The notes: generated by a model from the letters alone, not told the origin. DNA of 64,000 bases from Candidatus Nanoarchaeia archaeon (GCA_028279655.1 JANQNH010000007.1:35338-99337); one strand, 5' to 3'. Numbered from the stretch's first letter, positions 20,032 through 29,172 are shown. Program-made: numbers and translations.

Positions 20032-20697
20032 TTAATCAAAGCTATCTAGCAATCCATCCCTATCGGCAACCTTCCTTCTGCCTTTCAAGGACAACCATGT
20101 AAGGGTTGGAACCCACCACAAAAGGTTAGCCTGCATGAACGCAACCCTCATATCCTCTGGAATAGTATTATAATTTACATATTGCAGGGCATTCCAAACA
20201 GTAACTGTCCCTATAGTTGCTTTCAAGTATTCCTTAAATGGGATATTAGAAACCGTCTTTTCCTTGAAATTTTTCCAAAAACCCCTTAAACCCTTTTTTT
20301 GGTTCCTATCATACCTGAATATATCAATATAATTCCTTATCAATTCCTTAACCTTATAATCCTTTTTCTCTCCAATGCTATTATTTATGAAAAAGAAGGC
20401 ATTCACAAGGTTACCCCAAAAATTAGGGCCAAGTGCACCTTGCACTAATGGATTTTCAGATATATATTCTCCAACCAATTCCCCAGATGTGACTAGTCCT
20501 TCAATACATACACCATATACTGGAGCTAGTTTTGCACTGTAGACAACCTTTTTCCAATCAACCTTCCTGTCTACAACCAAATGAGATATTGCTTCAGCAA
20601 TAGGGAAAACCACTTCTGCTGTTATCAATGACTGGTAGATGCCAGGAAGATTTTGATAACTTACGTAGAGGTCATTAACCATTCCACCAATATCCAT
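20032..20697 (-). CDS. Mpv17/PMP22-like membrane protein
   Basis: N-terminal QSLIT...ISH...VDWKK and C-terminal W..LQYVNY..IP..MRV.F....LWW..LTWLS pattern. Confidence 0.65.
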   Translation of the reverse strand: MDIGGMVNDLYVSYQNLPGIYQSLITAEVVFPIAEAISHLVVDRKVDWKKVVYSAKLAPVYGVCIEGLVTSGELVGEYISENPLVQGALGPNFWGNLVNAFFFINNSIGEKKDYKVKELIRNYIDIFRYDRNQKKGLRGFWKNFKEKTVSNIPFKEYLKATIGTVTVWNALQYVNYNTIPEDMRVAFMQANLLWWVPTLTWLSLKGRRKVADRDGLLDSFD

Positions 20698-20770
20698 TTC
20701 TTCAAAATACCCCCATTACCTTTTCTTTAAGCATAAGAATAAGTCCTTATTTAAAAATCTACTCAAAGAA

Positions 20771-21367
20771 TTAGAGAACAAACCTTAACCTATCAGGAAT
20801 AAGCAAGGGGAACTCAATAAAGTCTATATCCCAACTCTGAAGATACTCCTTAATACCTTCCGAACTCTGAACCGGGCATAAGATTATTGAACCAGAAAAC
20901 TTGATTGCACTAAGTTCTTTTAAAACTCCTTTCTGACCATTACGCCCATATAGACTGTAATAAAATCGCATCCTGTTTGATTTACTAAATCCCTTTAACT
21001 CGTACTTAAAAAGCACAAAGTTCATATACCCTAATCCTCTTGATAAAAAATTATCATAGACCAGACTATATCCCTCTGCCAAAAAAGCTTCTCTTGCCTT
21101 AAAGGAGGGATCCAACAGATCCTTATAAGTTTTATCAATAATCTCTACATCAAATCCAATTTTTTCAATCTCCTTTCTGAATTCATAACTAAGGTCAATA
21201 TCCTTTTTATTTTTATACAGTATTAGGATATCGACATCCTGTGGGTTACTTTTCCCCCTTAAGGAAGAACCAAAAAGGACTATATCAAACAATTCATCCT
21301 TGTTCTTATTAAAAAATTGATTAACACTAGTCCTGAATTTTGTGTTCTTTAATAATTTCTTTAACAT
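20771..21367 (-). CDS. Minimal nucleotidyltransferase with C-terminal Cas2/PaaX-like domain
   Basis: LFGSSLRG...DVDILI; C-terminal LFKYELK..SKSNRMRFYYSLYG. Confidence 0.85.
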   Translation of the reverse strand: MLKKLLKNTKFRTSVNQFFNKNKDELFDIVLFGSSLRGKSNPQDVDILILYKNKKDIDLSYEFRKEIEKIGFDVEIIDKTYKDLLDPSFKAREAFLAEGYSLVYDNFLSRGLGYMNFVLFKYELKGFSKSNRMRFYYSLYGRNGQKGVLKELSAIKFSGSIILCPVQSSEGIKEYLQSWDIDFIEFPLLIPDRLRFVL

Positions 21368-21665
21368 TTTTCCTCAACTTATCACATGTTTCCTTATCTA
21401 TTGATATAGAATATGTACTTCTATAGATCCCAAAATACTTATCCAAAAAAACATACAACTCAGGATACTTGTCCTGCAGCATCCTAAATCTTTCAGTATG
21501 GTCCTTAGGTGTTTTTCCCTCTGATCTTAGAAGGATAAAATCCAGGATGCTAAAAACAGCTTTAAAATAAAGGATTGTAGCAGAAGTATAATCCTTATTA
21601 GAATAAACAAGTTCTGCAGAACCTAGTATGGTCTTTATGTTCTTTAAAAGCTCCTCTTGAGTCAT
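21327..21665 (-). CDS. HEPN-like protein, partner of MNT
   Basis: Helical, YTSATILYFKA, PKDHTERF; overlaps the MNT start; TATA about 26 nt upstream of ATG 21665. Confidence 0.75.
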   Translation of the reverse strand: MTQEELLKNIKTILGSAELVYSNKDYTSATILYFKAVFSILDFILLRSEGKTPKDHTERFRMLQDKYPELYVFLDKYFGIYRSTYSISIDKETCDKLRKNVKEIIKEHKIQD

Positions 21666-21778
21666 GTTGGTAATAAAAACAAATATCAACTATTTAAACT
21701 TTTCGGTTGGTATTACAAACATTGTTGGTACTACAAACAAAAATTAGCAAACAACATTTATTTGTTGGCATTACAAAC
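21666..21778. repeat. Four copies of imperfect palindrome GTTGGTAnTACAAAC
   Basis: Copies start at 21666, 21706, 21724 and 21764, flanking the HEPN-MNT promoter. Confidence 0.85.
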
Positions 21779-21812
21779 AAAACAACAAAAGCAAAAACCT
21801 TAACAAAATTGA

Positions 21813-22014
21813 ATGAAAACACGAATGCAGAAGGAAAAACCGGCGACATTAAATTCCGAAGGAATTTATGGCTTTTTTCTAAGTGTGGTTTTTTCCTTTG
21901 TTCACAAATTACGAAGTAATTTTGAACTAGGAAAAACGAAGTTTTTCCGTGGTGAGTAGGGCTTTACAAAGTAAAGACCGTGTTTGAGTCCATTATTGTT
22001 GTTGAGGTTTTCAT
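21813..22014. other. Structured intergenic element with GAA-triloop hairpins (REP/MITE-like or ncRNA)
   Basis: Hairpins at 21850-21868, 21900-21927, 21930-21948, 21962-21976; ends ATGAAAAC / GTTTTCAT are complementary. Confidence 0.65.
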
Positions 22015-22082
22015 AAATAAAATAAATTCATTAAGATAATAACAAAACCATTATAAACAATAAATAACTACCAAAAACCAAG

Positions 22083-23336
22083 ATGCAGGCAAATATAGGG
22101 ATAATAGGAACGGGAACAGTTGGCTCTGGAGTTATTGAGATAATAAAAAACCAGAAAGACCTGATAAAAAATAGGACAGGGGTAGAGATAAACATAAAGA
22201 AGGTCTGCAACCGGACAATAGAAAAAGCAAAAGCATTGATTGATGAATCAAAGATAACAGAAAGCTATGAAGATATAATAAATGACAACGAGATAGACAT
22301 AGTCCTGGAATTGATCGGAGGCTACGATCCTGCAAAAGACATAATCATAAGCTCCCTAAAGAACAAAAAACATGTAGTTACTGCAAACAAAGCAGTGATA
22401 GCAAAGTATGGAAAAGAAATTCTAGAAGAAGCAAAAAACAACAACGTAAGTATTGCCTTCGAAGCTTCAGTTGGAGCCTCAATCCCAATCATAAAGACAA
22501 TCAAAGAAAGCTACGCTCCAGACAGTATCCAGCAAATCTACGGCATCCTAAACGGAACAACTAACTATATCCTTACAAGGATGGAAGAAGGAATGTCCTA
22601 TGAAGAAGCCCTAAAAAAAGCCCAGGACCTAGGTTTCGCAGAAGCAGATCCAGAATTTGATGTAGAAGGTAAAGACGCAGCACAAAAACTGGTTATCCTA
22701 GCAAAACTCGCTTTCAATGGAGATTTGGACGACAATATCTTCACGTGGGGAATTACAAAGATAAGCAAAAACGACATAAGGTATGCAGCAGACCTTGGAT
22801 ATAAGATTAAGCTTTTAGCAATAGCAAAGCAAGACGATGAGATTGAATTAAGGGTGCACCCAACGATGATACCTAAGGACCATGAACTGGCATCCGTAAA
22901 CAACGAGCTGAATGCAATATATCTTATCGGAAAGCAGACAACAAAATCAATGCTCTATGGAAAAGGCGCTGGAAAGCTGCCAACAGCAACAGCAGTGGTT
23001 GCAGACATAATAGATATAGCAAAAAACAAACAAGATAACCTATACCTCAAAGAGACAAAAAAGAAGGATATAAACAAGATCACCTCAAGATACTATCTAA
23101 GATATAATGTTATTGACAAACCAGGAGTCCTTGCTCAAGTCGCAAAGATACTAGGAGAAAATAATATAAGCATTGCTGCTGTCCAGCAAAAAGAGATAAA
23201 CAAGGATGTTGTCCCAGTTATTGTAATCACCCATGAAGCCTTGGAAGAGAACATGATCAAAGCAATAAAAGAGATAGACCAACTAGAAGTAGCAAAAGAA
23301 CCTACTGTCCTTATAAGAATTGAAGATATACATTAA
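22083..23336 (+). CDS. hom: Homoserine dehydrogenase with C-terminal ACT domain
   Basis: GTGTVG, VVTANK, FEASVG, GILNGTTNYIL, EADP..DVEG, DKPGVL. Confidence 0.97.
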   Translation: MQANIGIIGTGTVGSGVIEIIKNQKDLIKNRTGVEINIKKVCNRTIEKAKALIDESKITESYEDIINDNEIDIVLELIGGYDPAKDIIISSLKNKKHVVTANKAVIAKYGKEILEEAKNNNVSIAFEASVGASIPIIKTIKESYAPDSIQQIYGILNGTTNYILTRMEEGMSYEEALKKAQDLGFAEADPEFDVEGKDAAQKLVILAKLAFNGDLDDNIFTWGITKISKNDIRYAADLGYKIKLLAIAKQDDEIELRVHPTMIPKDHELASVNNELNAIYLIGKQTTKSMLYGKGAGKLPTATAVVADIIDIAKNKQDNLYLKETKKKDINKITSRYYLRYNVIDKPGVLAQVAKILGENNISIAAVQQKEINKDVVPVIVITHEALEENMIKAIKEIDQLEVAKEPTVLIRIEDIH

Positions 23337-23345
23337 AAAGAGGAG

Positions 23346-23840
23346 ATGAATATGTACAGAGAGATTAATTTCAATATAAACTGGAATATAAAAACAATCT
23401 CCTTACTATCCTTCCTAGCAATCTTTCCAAACATCCTTGGTCTGTTCCACATAACCATTCTAAACACCAGAATCCATTTCTTCCAATATCTTATCTTTCT
23501 AGCTGCAGCCATATATGGTCCTGTAGGGGGGATGATATCTGGAGGATTAGGTTCGGTGTGGACTGCAGTATTATTGAATAATCCATATATCATTATCGGA
23601 AATATGATTTTAGGAGGCCTTTTTGGGATATTTATAAGGCTGAAATGGAATGTTTTTTCAGCTGTATTAGCAGCTTACTTCATACAACTACCTTGGTTAT
23701 GGATAACTGATATCTATTTAGCGAATATGCCTATAGGTGTTGTCAAAGGGGTGGTTGTAGCTCTGCTGCTTTCAAATATGTTGTGGGCAGTAGTTGCTAA
23801 GTCTAGTTCTAAATATATAAAGAAATTAATTCACTGTTGA
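23346..23840 (+). CDS. ECF transporter S-component-like membrane protein
   Basis: About 6 TM helices, AAIYGPVGGMISG motif. Confidence 0.75.
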   Translation: MNMYREINFNINWNIKTISLLSFLAIFPNILGLFHITILNTRIHFFQYLIFLAAAIYGPVGGMISGGLGSVWTAVLLNNPYIIIGNMILGGLFGIFIRLKWNVFSAVLAAYFIQLPWLWITDIYLANMPIGVVKGVVVALLLSNMLWAVVAKSSSKYIKKLIHC

Positions 23841-24298
23841 GACAGTTCTTCATCTATAGAGGACATATGTTCTTGGAAGGTATCATGCATTGATATCTGC
23901 ATCCTTGGAATCTCTCTTTTTAGGCCTAGCCACTTTAAATCATCCTTTAATAAGGAGATTACATCATCGAGATATCTAGGATTCTTTGAATGAGCTGAAA
24001 TTATGGTAGAGTATGCTTCTGGTTCATAGGTTTGTGGAGGATCTACATTTCCAGCTTGGACCAGCTCAGAGATATTTGATGGAACATAGTTAATAGATAA
24101 TTCAACATGGCAAGTATCATTATTACGCTGTACATCAAAAGCATAACCTATCAAGTTAGGTAATGTCTCTCCTCTGTTCTCAATTACATTTTTACCTAAT
24201 CCCTGCACTACCAACAGGATCATATCCCTTCTTGTCTCTACTATATAACCGACATCATATGCTATCTGATAGCCCTTATAGCTAATTTGTTTACTCAT
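23831..24298 (-). CDS. Hypothetical protein
   Basis: 155-aa ORF with a TATA about 25 nt upstream. Confidence 0.65.
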   Translation of the reverse strand: MSKQISYKGYQIAYDVGYIVETRRDMILLVVQGLGKNVIENRGETLPNLIGYAFDVQRNNDTCHVELSINYVPSNISELVQAGNVDPPQTYEPEAYSTIISAHSKNPRYLDDVISLLKDDLKWLGLKREIPRMQISMHDTFQEHMSSIDEELSQQ

Positions 24299-24365
24299 TT
24301 TCTAAGAAAATTGTAATGTTTTTTTAAGCCTTTCTCATAAAAGCCTAAAAACCATAAAATTTATA

Positions 24366-24383
24366 TATATGTATATACATATA
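24366..24383. promoter_or_regulatory. 18-bp palindrome TATATGTATATACATATA (candidate vapBC operator)
   Basis: Perfect palindrome between the TATA box and the antitoxin ATG. Confidence 0.55.
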
Positions 24384-24392
24384 CATAATACG

Positions 24393-24614
24393 ATGGCAAA
24401 AACATTAATGATATCGAATGATGTCTACAAAGCACTGAAGAGGATTAAAGGAAAAGACAGCTTCAGTGCAGTAATAAGTAATCTGCTGACCAAGAAAAGC
24501 AATGGAAAAAACATCGCAAAATACTATGGAATCCTTAAAGGAGACAAGGAATATAACAAGATAAATAAGGATTTAAGGAAAAAGTGGGGAGAATGGACAC
24601 AAAAATATGCCTAG
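24393..24614 (+). CDS. VapB (DUF217-like) antitoxin
   Basis: MAKTLMISNDVYKAL...SFSAVI; overlaps the PIN gene. Confidence 0.85.
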   Translation: MAKTLMISNDVYKALKRIKGKDSFSAVISNLLTKKSNGKNIAKYYGILKGDKEYNKINKDLRKKWGEWTQKYA

Positions 24615-24991
24615 ACACAGACATAGCTATAGGCATAATAAATGGAGATAAAAGATTAGAAAGCCTAATTTCTAAATTACCAGATTACGACATCTGCATT
24701 ACCTCCATAACTGTATTTGAGCTTCTATTAAGAGAGACTAAGCTAGATATTGCCAAAAGGTTTGTAAATGATTCTGAGATCATTCATTTTAAGGAAAGAG
24801 AAGCAATTATATCAAGTTCTATATTCAAGGATCTTAAAAGAAAAGGATCCATAATAGAAATAAGGGACATATTCATAGCATCAAGTTGCATAGCAAACAA
24901 TCTACCCTTGGCTACCCTAAACAAAAAACACTTTGAGAGAATCAAGGAATTAAGGTTAGTAAAAATGGATTCCTCACTTCATAATCCTTAA
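24593..24991 (+). CDS. vapC: VapC PIN-domain toxin
   Basis: CLDTD, TVFEL, RDIFIAS, TLNKKHF. Confidence 0.92.
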   Translation: MDTKICLDTDIAIGIINGDKRLESLISKLPDYDICITSITVFELLLRETKLDIAKRFVNDSEIIHFKEREAIISSSIFKDLKRKGSIIEIRDIFIASSCIANNLPLATLNKKHFERIKELRLVKMDSSLHNP

Positions 24992-25273
24992 CATCAACCC
25001 GATATAAAGTGCTAACAAAGCAAACCCGATAATCACCAGATCCAAAGCAAAAAACCTTGATAAAAACAACACTAATCCTACAAAAAGAAAGACAATGCTT
25101 ATTGAAAAGAACAAAAGCTCAAAAACACCCCTATACACCTTTCTCTTAAGCTTATAAAAAACCCTGCTCACCCTAGACTCTATCATGCCTATCCGACTAT
25201 GGACCTTATCCTGAGCAGTATCTATAACAGACTCAAAACCTTCCTTAAAGTTTCTGAAAAAATCTCCAATCAT
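24974..25273 (-). CDS. Small 2-TM membrane protein (YqjE/holin-like)
   Basis: Amphipathic N-terminus plus two TM helices; coupled to the upstream DUF883-like gene. Confidence 0.6.
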   Translation of the reverse strand: MIGDFFRNFKEGFESVIDTAQDKVHSRIGMIESRVSRVFYKLKRKVYRGVFELLFFSISIVFLFVGLVLFLSRFFALDLVIIGFALLALYIGLMLRIMK

Positions 25274-25464
25274 CTCTTCCTCGATAGCATATATGCCAAG
25301 GCTCCAGCAACTACACCAGCTCCAAAAGCGATGCTCACTGATTTAATAGGATTCTCCTCGATTTTTTCCTCAAAATTAGACTCCAGCTCAGCTATCCTCT
25401 CCTTAGCATCTTCCAGCTTAGCTTTCATAGCCTTATAATCAACCCATTTTTTTTGTTTAGCCAT
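25270..25464 (-). CDS. DUF883/YqjD/ElaB-like tail-anchored protein
   Basis: Coiled coil, then IEENPIKSVSIAFGAGVVAGAL, then basic tail. Confidence 0.75.
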   Translation of the reverse strand: MAKQKKWVDYKAMKAKLEDAKERIAELESNFEEKIEENPIKSVSIAFGAGVVAGALAYMLSRKR

Positions 25465-25531
25465 TAAAATCACCCTAAAAAAGTTAATGAAAAGAAGTTT
25501 ATATATCTTTCGAATATTTACTATTCAAAAA

Positions 25532-26494
25532 TTACAACCTAAAGTCATCCCTGAATCTCTTGATGGTACTGTACTTCTTAAGGAACTTATCCCCTTTTGC
25601 AGTAAGCTTAACATTACCATTATCTACGCTTACAAAGCCATTCTTTCTCAGCATGTCAATCCCAGCACCTAGATTCTTTACAGATACCCCTTTTCTGTCT
25701 CTTATCTCACCTAATAGATCATGCATCATCTCGAGCTGGCTCTTAGGCTTTACACTAAAGACCTTTCCGGCAATATGCCTTATCTCATTGCTGAAAGCAT
25801 GGCTGGGATACCTCTCTAGGAATATAAACTGTGATTCAGAGGACAAGACCTCCTGTGAAAAAGGCAATGCTCCAGCAACAGGCAGCCCAAAAGCATTCTG
25901 AACATCATTCACAAGCCTCTTCTTATCTTTTAGCACCTTATTAAGCACAAGATACATCTTTATATTCATCTTCTGAGATATCTCTGCACTCACCTGCGCT
26001 CCCTGATAATCCTGGTTATCCGGCCTTACGATATTCAGTATTATATCGCTAAAGCTGGTAGCAACCAAAAAAGGATCATTAAGTCCCGGATGAGTATCCA
26101 CCAGGATAAAGTCAGGATTATACTTCTTATTCAACTTACCTAGTCCCTTCTCGATCTTAGCAGAATTCCCTGTCTGCTGTATAAGCGTAACGATCTCGCT
26201 ACTGGCTATGGAAGAAGGCACCAATAGCAAGGAGCCAGAATTAACACCAATATTAGATGAAACATCATAAACAGCATCAGTTATATCTGCTTTCCCGAGA
26301 AGATAATCCGTAAGGGTCTTGTCAAAGCTATCCTCGCCTAGTCCGAAGATCGCATGTATCCCGGGGCTTATGATATCTCCATCTATAACGACGATCCTCT
26401 TCCCAAGCGAAGCCAGATAGGTTGCTAAATTACTAATGATCGTGGACTTTCCTGTCCCTCCTCTGAATGAGTTTGTTAGAACTACCTTTGACAT
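25532..26494 (-). CDS. MinD/ParA-family ATPase fused to C-terminal winged helix
   Basis: SFRGGTGKS, IDGD, VDTHPG, VLNK; C-terminal LRKNGFV...KLTAKGDKFL. Confidence 0.85.
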   Translation of the reverse strand: MSKVVLTNSFRGGTGKSTIISNLATYLASLGKRIVVIDGDIISPGIHAIFGLGEDSFDKTLTDYLLGKADITDAVYDVSSNIGVNSGSLLLVPSSIASSEIVTLIQQTGNSAKIEKGLGKLNKKYNPDFILVDTHPGLNDPFLVATSFSDIILNIVRPDNQDYQGAQVSAEISQKMNIKMYLVLNKVLKDKKRLVNDVQNAFGLPVAGALPFSQEVLSSESQFIFLERYPSHAFSNEIRHIAGKVFSVKPKSQLEMMHDLLGEIRDRKGVSVKNLGAGIDMLRKNGFVSVDNGNVKLTAKGDKFLKKYSTIKRFRDDFRL

Positions 26495-26497
26495 TTT

Positions 26498-27181
26498 TCA
26501 CCATTTAGTTATCTTAATCACATTGTACAATAATGCTAAGGAAAAGACTAATGTTATAGCACTTGAATAATAATGGATAGTATATAAAAAGGGCAATGAT
26601 AAGTTTTCAATGAATATCACAACAAAGACCCCAAGGCCAAGGCCAACCAGTGATAAGAATGGCCCCATATCATGACACTTAACGCACCTCTTGCAGTTTG
26701 AGATGATTGCCAGGAGCAAAAACAATATTACAGTAACAAAGAAGAAATAAAACTGTGTAACTCCATATGTGATCAATAGATAAGTATCTGCCAAGGTTAT
26801 TGTAAAACCAACAGCAAACAGGAATGCTGCAATACCTAGGTGTGATCCCCTGCCTTCCAACTTCCTCCAGACCAAGGAATAGGCAAGATAAAAACCACCC
26901 ATAGCAGCTGCATAGACATTTAGGAAATTGACCATAAGCCCTGATACAGAGGACATAAAAGCTCCCTCTGTAATAAAATTAGATATTATTGTTATATACC
27001 TAAACAAATAACTGATCATAAAAAAGATCATTGCACCGCTGAAATAACAGATCCCTCTCTGCATGCTCAGCTTGTACAGTTCTCTCGTTTTCCTATATAC
27101 TAAAAAAGCAACCAGAATAACAATAGTATTATGCACGATATCGAATATTAACGTTTCAAACGAAAGCAGTGGATGTACCAT
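26498..27181 (-). CDS. Multi-pass (~7 TM) membrane protein
   Basis: About seven hydrophobic segments; stop is 3 nt before the MinD-like start. Confidence 0.75.
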   Translation of the reverse strand: MVHPLLSFETLIFDIVHNTIVILVAFLVYRKTRELYKLSMQRGICYFSGAMIFFMISYLFRYITIISNFITEGAFMSSVSGLMVNFLNVYAAAMGGFYLAYSLVWRKLEGRGSHLGIAAFLFAVGFTITLADTYLLITYGVTQFYFFFVTVILFLLLAIISNCKRCVKCHDMGPFLSLVGLGLGVFVVIFIENLSLPFLYTIHYYSSAITLVFSLALLYNVIKITKW

Positions 27182-27778
27182 TTATTTCCTCCCTAATATC
27201 AAGCTCTTAGGCAGAGCACTAAAAACGATTGCAGCCAAAAACAGAGATACAATCTGGTCAGCAGGGGTTGTTATGAACTTCTCTCCCACAGCCGCTACTG
27301 TCTTGCTTCCTGTAGCCTCTAGCAATGCATCATAGGTTGGCAAAACACCTTCATAGGTCTCTACACCTCCCCAAAAGGCAAACAATATTGCAACTATAAG
27401 CACAGACGAGGTAATACCCACTATAATGGAACTCACCAATAACTTCCCTGGCTTCCTGATGTTAACCCATCCTGCCTTAAACAGGAAATATACTGAGAAA
27501 GCAACCCATATGTTCACAAGAGCCCATATCCATCCGTTTGGATTCTCTGTCCAAACAAAAAAACCCATGTAGAGGTTATATAGTATGCCTCCAACTAGTC
27601 CAACAGACAAACCCCCTGCCATAACCCCAAGAGAAGTCCCCCATGTATCAAGAAAAAAAGGTATCTTAAGGAAAATAGCAACCTTAACAGCTACAAAATT
27701 AAGTATAGCAACAATAGGTATCATTAGTAAGAACAATATCCTTTTTCCAGCAGTAGTACTTAAAAAACTCTTAGCCAT
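27182..27778 (-). CDS. ECF S-component-like membrane protein
   Basis: LKIPFFLDTWGT...AGGLSVG, and D near the C-terminal helix. Confidence 0.75.
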   Translation of the reverse strand: MAKSFLSTTAGKRILFLLMIPIVAILNFVAVKVAIFLKIPFFLDTWGTSLGVMAGGLSVGLVGGILYNLYMGFFVWTENPNGWIWALVNIWVAFSVYFLFKAGWVNIRKPGKLLVSSIIVGITSSVLIVAILFAFWGGVETYEGVLPTYDALLEATGSKTVAAVGEKFITTPADQIVSLFLAAIVFSALPKSLILGRK

Positions 27779-27893
27779 ATAAACCACCCCACTTACAACA
27801 GGGAAGAATACTTATTGCTTTATAAAATTATCTTTGTCACAGCCCATTATCGTCTAAACCTTTTTAAAGTCAAAAGTATTCACCTAGTATAAA

Positions 27894-28886
27894 ATGCATC
27901 TAAATGAACTGTTCAGAGAAGTAGTGGGAAAAGGAGACGCAAGCTTAAGGCTCCGCCTGGAAAGATCTGGTTTTCAGAAAAAAACTGCCCAGGTAGATGA
28001 AGACAGGATAAGGATCCCTTCTGACATCCCCACTACTGACTTACTGGCCATATTGGGCTATTCCAAAGATCTTGACGTAGCTCATACATCGTATACTATT
28101 CCAACAGGAAAAAAGCAAGAAGTAGAACTCTTTTATATTCAACACCCCCAAGGAACCGTAGATGATATAGTAGAGATCAAATTCCCAAAAGAAAATCAAA
28201 ATATGCTCCTCTGCACCCACCTTCTCCTAAATACTCAACAAACACAGGAAGAAACCGAGCCAAGACAGATGTACATCTCTGATGGCTCTAGGTATTATAT
28301 ATCACAATCCGACCTAATTGGCCTTATTGATTCCCTTCGGTCCAGGATAGATCGGGAAGAACGAAGCAACAGTACTCCTGACTATTCATTTTATTCCTTC
28401 CTCCACCTGTTAGAGGATACACAAACTGATCTGATAAGAGAACTTATGGATAATGTATATGGGGTAAAATCCCGTCATCCAAGGTCATTGCTTCACTGGA
28501 CCAAAAGACCAAAGGAACTTTGCACACTGGAAGAACAGCTAAGGGCAGTTGAAAGAGTATCTGAGATAGGTGAAAGAAAAGAGCTTAAAAAAATACAAGG
28601 ATTACTCAAATATAAGAAGAACGATCCATCAAAAACCATAAGGCCTATAATGTATCATGAAAATACCCCTGGAGGTTATGAATATACCCTTGAGTTGGAC
28701 TTTTATAATGCAAAGGGTGCTTTGAGGGATGCCCTCGACTACTCAGAAGACATCCGTAGCCCAGATGGACTTATAATGCCTTTCCTAAAAAAAGAGTGGG
28801 ACACATCATTTATACTAAAAGATAACCAAGCCTATCAAAGGATATCCTCTGCTATCACAAAGATGGAATCCAGGATTTATAGGTAA
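27894..28886 (+). CDS. Hypothetical protein
   Basis: 330-aa ORF with upstream TATA; no motif recognised. Confidence 0.7.
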   Translation: MHLNELFREVVGKGDASLRLRLERSGFQKKTAQVDEDRIRIPSDIPTTDLLAILGYSKDLDVAHTSYTIPTGKKQEVELFYIQHPQGTVDDIVEIKFPKENQNMLLCTHLLLNTQQTQEETEPRQMYISDGSRYYISQSDLIGLIDSLRSRIDREERSNSTPDYSFYSFLHLLEDTQTDLIRELMDNVYGVKSRHPRSLLHWTKRPKELCTLEEQLRAVERVSEIGERKELKKIQGLLKYKKNDPSKTIRPIMYHENTPGGYEYTLELDFYNAKGALRDALDYSEDIRSPDGLIMPFLKKEWDTSFILKDNQAYQRISSAITKMESRIYR

Positions 28887-28980
28887 ATTAAACAATAGCT
28901 TTATAAATAAAGCCCCAAACACTATTCAGAATCAAAGCAAAGAGAATTCTATTCTTTTTGAATTTGGAGGTAAATAAAAA

Positions 28981-29172
28981 ATGGAAGGAAAAGTAAAATT
29001 CTTCAATCAGATGAAGGGATTCGGCTTCATCATAGGAGATGACGGAAAAGAGTATTTTGTACACCAATCTGGACTTACCGAAGGGACAGAGATAAACGAG
29101 AACGACGAAGTGACCTTTGAGGTTGTACAGGGCGATAGAGGAGAGAAGGCAGATAAGGTTGCAAAGAAGTAG
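28981..29172 (+). CDS. cspA: Cold-shock domain protein
   Basis: GKVKFFN..KGFGFI, YFVHQS RNP motifs; GGAGGT SD. Confidence 0.95.
   Translation: MEGKVKFFNQMKGFGFIIGDDGKEYFVHQSGLTEGTEINENDEVTFEVVQGDRGEKADKVAKK

Noticed and set aside
21666..21778. CRISPR array
   Set aside because: Repeats are only 15 bp, spacers are 25/3/25 nt, and there is no cas operon; the pattern fits operator sites better
21707..21919. 70-aa ORF in the track
   Set aside because: TTG start, low complexity, and it just translates the repeats and hairpins
21964..22014. Thr-rich peptide MKTSTTIMDSNTVFTL as a thrL-like attenuator for hom
   Set aside because: It is on the strand opposite to hom, so it cannot be its leader
21813..22014. 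Lysine/SAM riboswitch or T-box upstream of hom
   Set aside because: No conserved aptamer motifs, and hom has its own TATA at about 22050, downstream of the element
28900..28980. cspA-type RNA thermometer
   Set aside because: Only weak AT-rich pairing, and the leader is short; not supportable from sequence alone
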